Source: Octopus sinensis
Lineage: Eukaryota
Assembly: GCF_006345805.1 (NCBI RefSeq)
Contig: NC_043024.1
Coordinates: 12,400,001 to 12,464,000 of the forward strand
Reading direction: 5' to 3'
DNA length: 64,000 nucleotides
The notes beneath the pieces were generated by a model. It was not told the origin of the DNA and ran no database searches. It worked only from the letters and a program-made list of their open reading frames with translations. Positions 55,768 to 64,000 of this stretch are shown one piece after another (position 1 is the first letter of the stretch; the number at the start of each line of letters is the position of its first letter). The position numbers and the translations under genes are program-made.

Positions 55768-57702
55768 TATATGTGTGTGTGTGTGTTCCCCCACTGCTTG
55801 ACAACTGGTGTGGCTGTGTTTACATCTCCATAACTTAGTAGTTCGGCAAAAGAGACTGATAGAATAAGTACCAAGCTTAAAAATCAAAAGAAATCTGGGT
55901 TTGATTCATTCAACCAAAAGAGATCACCAAAGTGGTGCTCCAGTTTGGTCGCAGTCTATTAAGTGAAACAAGTAAAAAAGATAAAACAGAAAAGATGGTC
56001 TCTGTGTCATAGGAAGCAAATAGCTTGAGAAAATGAACAATAAGTGGTGAGGAGGGAGTGAGGGAGTCCTGGGCCCCCTTGCAGTGCAGCTACTAGTCAA
56101 TAAAATAATACAATAAAAACTGTATAAAAATCTGCAGGGTACCTTGTGGCTTGACTACCAGCAAACCTTTGACAACCTACCATATGGGTGGATTATCAAA
56201 GCATTCATTTATGATATTCTCCCAACCATTGTTAACTGCTATTCAAACACCTGACCAACATTTGCTAAACCATATTACATCAAAGAGGTGAGAAGAAACC
56301 ATTCAAATCTGACATTCTGTTCGTTACCACAGCTCTCTTTTGTTGAAGCCATTATCACACCTGCTCAGAATCATAGTGTTGCAAATGGACAGCTTGAATC
56401 CAAAAATGTCTCTTATCTTTTCTTTGAAGAAGACTTGAAGCTACGTCCAGTGAAATATCAACTACAAGAAAAAGGAATTGGTTCTTATGACTCAGTATTC
56501 CATAAATACTGGAATGAAATTTGGTGAGTCCAGATGGGCATTTTTTTTTATGGTAAGTCAACTAGTGACCATCTCCCACCAAAAAAAAAAAAAAAAAGGA
56601 GCATCTTAACGATGCAACCTTTATATTCAGCTGAGAACTACAAGAATTATGAATAAGGTGAGAATCTCAATTATGATGGATGAAACAATAAGGTGAGGCC
56701 AAGAAATGAATACCTTGAAATACCAAAAGGGGACAGCCTGCCACAAGTATAGTGCTGGCAACAGTTTGGCAGTGCCTATTGTAGCACCTAAATTTTGGCT
56801 TTCTGAAGTGATGGTCACAACAAGAACTTAGTGAGACTGATGTAGTCATGGAGAAATTGCTCAGTGGTACTGGAAATTTGACCATTAATGTAAAAAGAAA
56901 AAAATATTTCCCAAATTATTGGTGTAGGTATGGCCATGTGGTAAGAAGTTGGCTTCACAGTGGCAGAGTTTCAAGTTCAATCTCACTGCATGGCACCTTG
57001 GGCAAGCATCCTCTACTTTATTTCTGGGTTAACCAAGGCTTTGTGAACTGATTTGGTAGACAGAAACTGAAAGAAGCCTGTTGCATATGTCTGTGAGAGT
57101 TTATTACTAACCCCATGCCTTGATGTTGCATGAGAGTCATACATGAGAGTCATGCATGAGAGTCACAGTCATACAAGTGGTGCCCTTCGCTTCTAGTCTT
57201 CTGTCTGGACATGGGGTAAATATTACTTTACTTGGAAATAGGTGAGGGTTGGTGACAGGAAGGGCATCCTGCCGTAGAAAATCCATCTCAACAAGTTTTG
57301 CTTGACTCATGCGAGCATGGAAAATCGGACATTAAAATGATGATGATGATGATGGATGTTATCGCCTTAAATAAGCTGAAGCCTGAAAGCACCAAAGAAA
57401 GATCTCCAGCAGAACAAAAGGTGCAGCAATGGTCTGGCTCAAGTTGTGAGCATGAGAATAACAAAGAAATCGTTTGGATAATGAATCAATGAATTTAACA
57501 AGAGACATGAAATGAAAGCCAACTCAGATTTCTCCCCAAGAAACACTGGAGAATTGTATTTTAAACTATAACAAAACCATAAGTATCCCTATTCACTGAG
57601 ATGGCTGAACGTGGGAACCTGAAATGGTTGTTAGCCTTGGAGAGAGAATAACTCACACGAAAAGCCTAGCATGGAATCTGAGGAATTTACAATGTCTCAC
57701 CT

Positions 57703-57931
57703 TTAACCCTTTCATTACTGTATTTATTTTGAGATGCTCTATGTTTCTTTCAATTATTTTAAATATAACAAAGAATTTAGTAAAATAACTTCGTTATCAT
57801 TTAGCTAGTGTTAGGAACATAAATTGTGACTAAGGTTTGGTGGTATATTTTAATGCAAAACTTATGAAAACAAGACATTTGTACTACAGAGCCAGAGCTG
57901 GTTTTGGCCGGGTTGGTAATGAAAGGGTTAA
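57703..57931. mobile_element. piggyBac-type MITE with TTAA target duplication
   Basis: TTAA|CCCTTTCATTAC ... GTAATGAAAGGG|TTAA: perfect 12-bp TIR, 221-bp body. Confidence 0.85.
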
Positions 57932-58429
57932 GGTTACCTGCATACAATTGAGAAACAAGAAATTCCCTTCAAATACCTTCTACACAAAAGACTGGGTCAA
58001 CTGACAACAAATGTAGGCAAAACCATAATTGAAGGCATTAGCTATATCATTGCCAATTAGAAGAGATATTTCTAGATTCTGTCTTAAATAAAGTAAAACA
58101 AACTGAAACAATCTGGAAAGGAGCAAAAATCAATATTTAAAATAATAATGATCAATACACTGAGACCAATAGATCTGAAAAATATTGGTGAAGTCTAAGA
58201 ACAAAAGCAACGGCCAAATTCAAAATGCAACTGATCTGATCTTGTTAATTGGGGTTGAAAAATAGGTTCTGCCACCATTTTAAATCAATGTGGTTAGAAA
58301 AATACAGAAGAAAGACAATATGTGGGGCTCATAGATTAGTAGTTTGTAAATCCTGTACCCTACATCCACTTTCAGCTTTATATCCCCATTAATACGGGAG
58401 TAATACCAACTCATTTCCTCTGTTATAGA

Positions 58430-59165
58430 TGCCCATGGTCACCAGCTATGGCAATGATACAAAATTATCTCAGGCAATAAAAAAATCAAGATGACGTTGT
58501 AAGTTTACAGTGGAACCTGAATTTGAGATACACGTCATTTGAAATAAACAACATGCAGTTTAATGCTGGAAAATTTCAAGCACTGCACTATCAACCCACA
58601 AATGCACTACAGCCTGCACATACAGGACCCAAAGACACTACAATCCTAGAGTCATAAGCAGTGAAAGACTTGGGGATCAGTATATGCAATTGCACACTTT
58701 ACATGCACATTACCAAGGTGGCAGCAAAGTGCAAACAAGTGGTAGGATGGATACTAAGGTCCTTCAAGACAAGAGACCAAGAAACTCTGTTGACCCTGTG
58801 GAGAACCTTCATTCTTAACAGCCTGACTACTGCTCCCACTTATGGTCACCACATAACAACCAAGCTAACAGTAGAGCTTGAAGCAGTCCAACACCACTAC
58901 ACACAAAGATTGAAACAGTGCAATGGATGAGTTAAGGGGATAGGTTGAGAAAACAGCAAATTTACTCCCTGGAGTGAAGGCGCAGCAGATGTGTAATGAT
59001 GTAGAGATGGAAAACTCTAGAAGGGCTTGTAACTAATTTCGGCATTGAGTGTTATACAAATGCCAGACTGGCGACCATTGAATTGTACCAAAGGTACCAT
59101 TCATTCCATCTGAATTCAGGACCAGGTACTGCAATAGTCTAGGGCTCAAAGGCCCACAGCTAGAA
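58430..59165 (+). mobile_element. CR1-like LINE RT C-terminal fragment
   Basis: YGNDTK (YADD-like), NMQFNAGKFQ, VKDLGI, GWILRSFKTRD, LEAVQ, YSLE*RR across frameshifts. Confidence 0.75.
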
Positions 59166-59287
59166 CGAAGACACATACATGAGGTGGGGGGGGGGTGATG
59201 TGAAACAGCCTCGACTGAGGAAATCAGAAAGACTACAGTGGTGCTCCAGCATGACCACAACTGCATGGCTGAAATGAATAAAAGAGA

Positions 59288-59632
59288 TACATACATACAT
59301 ACATATATATAAGTTTATACATATATACATATATATATATGTTTATATATATATATATGTATGTACTTTATATATATATATATATACATACATATATATA
59401 TATATATACATACATATATATAGATAGTTATATGTATATGTATGTACTCACATATATATATATATATATACATATGTAGATATATGTATATGTATGTACT
59501 TATATATATATATATATATACTTATATATATACATTATACATATATAGATATATGTATATGTATGTACTTATATATATATGTAGTTATGTGTGTTTGTAT
59601 GTATGTTAATATATATATATATGTACATATAG
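59288..59632. repeat. (TA)n/(TATG)n compound microsatellite
   Basis: Direct reading. Confidence 0.95.
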
Positions 59633-59862
59633 TATTGAAGTTATCTTAGAAATTAGTTCTGATGGCATTTTAATTTAATTGAAATAGCTTTTACCATAAT
59701 GGAATTTCTCTGTGTGTGTTTCTAATCGTAATTGTAATAATCTGTTTTTTGATGACACCATTGTTGCACCATCATTGCAAAATGGAAGCCTCCTATTCAT
59801 GGACTTATATTAACCATGGTTCTCTACTCAAAAAACTTTAAAAAAAACAACAAAAAACATAC

Positions 59863-60153
59863 TCATTGTTGTTTTTGTTGATCGAGACCCCTCCCCTGCA
59901 AACATAGTCTTCTTTTTTGTATAGCTAAGTCTAACATTGTTGAATATGGCTTTCGATTTTAAACTACTTGTTTGTGAGTGGTAGTCATGATTTGTCACCA
60001 GCTTAATTTCTCCAACTGGTGTCCATGGGTGTAAACGAACGGTATTAAGTTTCAAGCAAGACAACAACTTAATACTGTAGTGCATCGCCCTTCCTACAAA
60101 ACCAAAACTTTTAATGGGTTGGTCTTTGTTCCTCTTCGCCGGCGTCAGTGAAC
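59863..60153 (-). other. Candidate exon (291 bp, phase 1-1, open frame) of unknown transcript
   Basis: Acceptor TATTTTACAG|GTT, donor GA|GTATGT, 96 uninterrupted codons; no recognisable homology. Confidence 0.3.
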
Positions 60154-60729
60154 CTGTAAAATACCATCCGTGTTGCCCTACTTTCTCTCACGAAGCTATA
60201 AGATATGGCTAAAAATACACTTGTTTGTTTACATTTTCATGTGTGTGTGTAATTATATACACATATCTAGATATGAATGTATAATATATTCAAACCCCCT
60301 ACTAACAATTCACTGTCTAAAAGCATGCAGAGTCATATATCCATGTGGTTGTGTGTGTGTGTGTGTATAAGATGATATGTTGAAATGATATGTCTATTCA
60401 ATGTGTGGGGTTGACCTGGAGCTAAACAACAACACTTCAAATTGGTGGGTTCTGGGTTCATTCGACCCACTGGCAATAACAACCAAATCTTCCTCGAATC
60501 ACAACTTACTGTCTTAAATAAAAGATTGACTGAGTGTTAATGTAAACCTAAAAAGCACCCACTACACTCTCAGGAGTGGTTGGCATTAGGAAGGACGTCC
60601 AGCTGTGAGAACATTGCCAGATCAGATTGGATCCTGGTACAGTTTCCTGGCTTTCCAGACCTCAGCCAAACCGTCTAACCCATGCCAGCATGGAAAACGG
60701 ATGTTAAACGATGACGATGATGATGATGA

Positions 60730-60744
<15 letters not shown>

Positions 60745-60778
<34 letters not shown>

Positions 60779-61479
60779 TGTCTGTCTGTCTGTCTCTCAT
60801 CATTGTCTTACTAACACCCACTTTTCAATGTCTGCATGGGTTGGACAGAGTTTATTGAGGTAGAATTTTTATGGAGGGATGCCTTTCCTGTTGTGGACCC
60901 GTTTTTGAGTAAGTCAACATTTCCCCACACCCAGACAGGTTTCTGCAGAATATGCGAATGAAGGACATTCAATTACGAAAATCATGTGATATCAAGCGGG
61001 GACACACACACACACATTCACAAGTAAGCTTCTTTCAGTTTCTATCAACCAAATTCAGTTGAAAGCCTTTGGTTAGCCAGAGGCTATAATGGAAAACACT
61101 TGTCCAAGGTGCCACACAGTGGAACTGAACCCACTGTGTGGCACTTTGGACAAGTGTTTTCCATTATAGCTTCTGGTCAACCAAAGGCTTTCAACTGAAT
61201 TTGGTTGATAGAAACTGAAAGAAGCTTACTTGTGAATGTGTGTGTGTGTGTCCCCGCTTGATATCACATGATTTTCGTAATTGAATGTCCTTCATTCGCA
61301 TATTCTGCAGAAACCTGTCTGGGTGTGGGGAAATGTTGACTTACTCAAAAACGGGTCCACAACAGGAAAGGCATCCCTCCATAAAAATTCTACCTCAATA
61401 AACTCTGTCCAACCCATGCAGACATTGAAAAGTGGGTGTTAGTAAGACAATGATGAGAGACAGACAGACAGACAGACAG

Positions 61480-61508
<29 letters not shown>
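60745..61508. repeat. 764-bp near-perfect palindrome (local inverted duplication)
   Basis: Arms 60745-61122 and 61131-61508 around the 8-nt spacer AACTGAAC. Confidence 0.95.
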
Positions 61509-61512
<4 letters not shown>

Positions 61513-63009
61513 GTTGGAAAGCAAACTTCTTAACTGTACAACCATAGCAGTGATTTATATATGTGTGTTTATATTTATGCCTGTATGGTTAAGGGTGTGC
61601 ATGTGTTTAAATGTGTGTGTGTGTGTGTGTGTACATATATATTATCATGGTTGATCTTTCGTTTTGTGATCCAGAAAGTGAAACTAGAAATTTGCAGACA
61701 TATGAAATGAAAGTAAAATATTGTTCAGTTATATTTGACAACATTTACCAATGAAATGAAACTGAGAGAATGTCTTTTCTTCTTGAAACTTCAAGTTAAG
61801 TTGACTGAAAAGAATTAAGTCTTATTAATTATTCTCATGACATGCCTGCACTTAAGTATTTGTAATCCGTTATTCGTTTCTGCTCGACAATAAAGTTTTT
61901 CTTTTAGAATGTATTTGTGTTGTATTAAGTGAAAATCCCAAAGCACTATTTTCTAGTTCTAAGTTAAGTGTTTTGCTATTAACTTCTCAGGGACTTACCT
62001 GCTCCCATCCCTATTTTCCACCCCCTTTCTTCCATCTGTCCCCTACCACATCTTACTCCTTCCCCTTCTGAGATATTTTCTTCTGTTTCTTAGCCCTTGT
62101 CTTGGGTGTTTTCTATTGTAGTCTGGTGCCAACCAATATCCCGTGAGAGTAAATCGGTTCATGGAAACATGTTTGTAGTCCTTTCTTACACATACATACA
62201 CACACATATGTATTTGTGTCTTTGTGTTTCTGGTTGTTTCTCCTTTCCACCACATGACAAACGATGTTGGTTTGTTTACATCCACATAGTTTAGTGGTTT
62301 GACACAAGAAACAACAGGTTAAGTTCCACACATAAAAAACTACCTGGGGCCAATTTAGTCAATTAAAACATTTCAAGATGGATCCCTTGCATGGCTGCAG
62401 TTCACTGACTGAATCATGTAAGAGGTCAAAGGTCAATATAAACGTCAGTTAAATATATACATCATCATCATCATCATCATCATCATTTAGGGTTTGTTTT
62501 CCATGCTGGCATGGGTTGGATGATTTGACTGGAACTGGTAAGCCACATAGTGGCACCTGGCTCCAGTCTGAATCTGGTTTGCTTTCTACAGCGGGATGCC
62601 CTTCCAGATGCCAACCACTCCAAAAGTGTAATGGGTGCCTTTTACAGGTCACCAGCAAAGGTTCCCCTTGTGTGTTACTGGTACAAGTGCTTCTTATGTG
62701 TCACTGGCACAGGTGCCTGTTACGGGTCACCAGTACTGGCCATGATTAAGATTTCACTTGGTTTGCTGTGCCTTCTCAAGCGCAGAATATTGCCAAAGGT
62801 CTCAATCACATGCCATTGCCTCCAGGAAGCTCAACACCCAAAGACCATGCTTCATCACCTCGTCCTAAGTCTTCCTGGATTTATCTCTTCCACAGGTTCC
62901 CTCCACAGTTAGAGATACATATGTCTGTATGTATATATATATATATATAAAATCTTACATCAGTTTCCAAGCTTTCTGTTAAATTATGATTTTTAAAAAT
63001 GTGTGAGTA

Positions 63010-63043
<34 letters not shown>

Positions 63044-63450
63044 GTAAAGAGAGAGTGTGTGTATATATATATATCATTTAACACCTATGTTTCTGTGATA
63101 GCATGGGCTGGACAGAATTTGTTGAGGTGGCTATGGCTGGATGCCATTCCTGTCACGAACCCTCACTTGTTCTAAGTAAGTTAATATTTCCTGATCACCA
63201 GATCTGTCTCAGAAGAATGGAACTGAAGGACCACCTACTGGTGTGATGGGGACACTTGCTTACAACTACCAGGCAAAGTCAAGGAAAGAAGCCAGTAACA
63301 TACACACACAAATAAATAAATAAATATATATATATATTATATATATATATATATATATTATTCTATGCTAATTTAGTTAATTGTAAGATAGAAATTTAAA
63401 GTGCCTACATGATAACTGCAAGCCTACTTTTGGGCTACCTTGTGTGTGTG

Positions 63451-63514
<64 letters not shown>

Positions 63515-64000
63515 ATGGGCTTCTTTCAGTTTCGGTCGACCAAATCCACTCACATGGCTTTAGTTGACCCAGGGCTATAATAGAAGACAGTAACCCAAGT
63601 GTCACACAATAGGACCGAACCTGAAGCCATGTGGCTGGGATGCAAACTTGTTACCATACAGCCACACCTGTTTGTCACATGCCCATAAAAGGTAACAAGC
63701 ACAATGATATTTGTTTTGCCCATACAATTGTGATGTGTGCCAGGCTGTAGCAAAATGTCTTTATTGGACCAACAGACAGAGACAAGGTGGCAGAACCAGT
63801 GATTAAACACCAATTACAGCAGCTGTCATCATCACTATTATCGCTGAAAGGGGGTGAGAGATGACAGAATGGATGGCGCGATCAGACGAAAGGCTTGCTG
63901 GAATTTTCTTTTGAGTTTATATTCTGTTCAGTTCAACTTTGCCTTTTATCCTTTTTTTTTTTGGAGGGGGGGGGGGGGGCGATGAAACAAGTACCAGTTG

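Noticed and set aside
56255-56527. Plus-strand open frame ending near a GTGAGT donor-like site
   Set aside because: No recognisable homology, no convincing acceptor or partner exon.
57128-57168. Three copies of CATGAGAGTCA
   Set aside because: Local slippage minisatellite at the edge of a family D variant; no spacer diversity.

Overview
AT-rich, microsatellite- and SINE-dense animal genomic DNA. The repeat families and (TA)n/(CA)n/(AAT)n load look like Octopus/cephalopod (inference). The only recognisable host gene is a minus-strand polypeptide N-acetylgalactosaminyltransferase (GALNT family). Three coding exons splice in frame (15308-15890, 11569-11722, 4587-4753); the remaining exons lie left of base 1 and the 5' UTR exon(s) lie to the right. 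The rest is repeats: four tRNA-headed SINE families, an RTE-end-derived non-autonomous family, LINE fragments (R4/Dong, RTE, CR1/Jockey, L1/Tx1-like), a decayed Penelope-like element (PLE), a DD36E Tc1 remnant, a mariner remnant and several MITEs. The most striking unexplained signal is hammerhead ribozymes. One has an intact core and a long stem II (32938-33027, minus). A tRNA-headed element carries a minimal Penelope-type hammerhead in its tail (3 copies, two in a head-to-head palindrome inside a GALNT intron), and there are further decayed motifs. There is also a 764-bp near-perfect fold-back inversion, a ~350-bp hairpin and a Thr/Pro-rich uORF ahead of the GALNT start. All structures were read by eye; no searches or folding programs were run.
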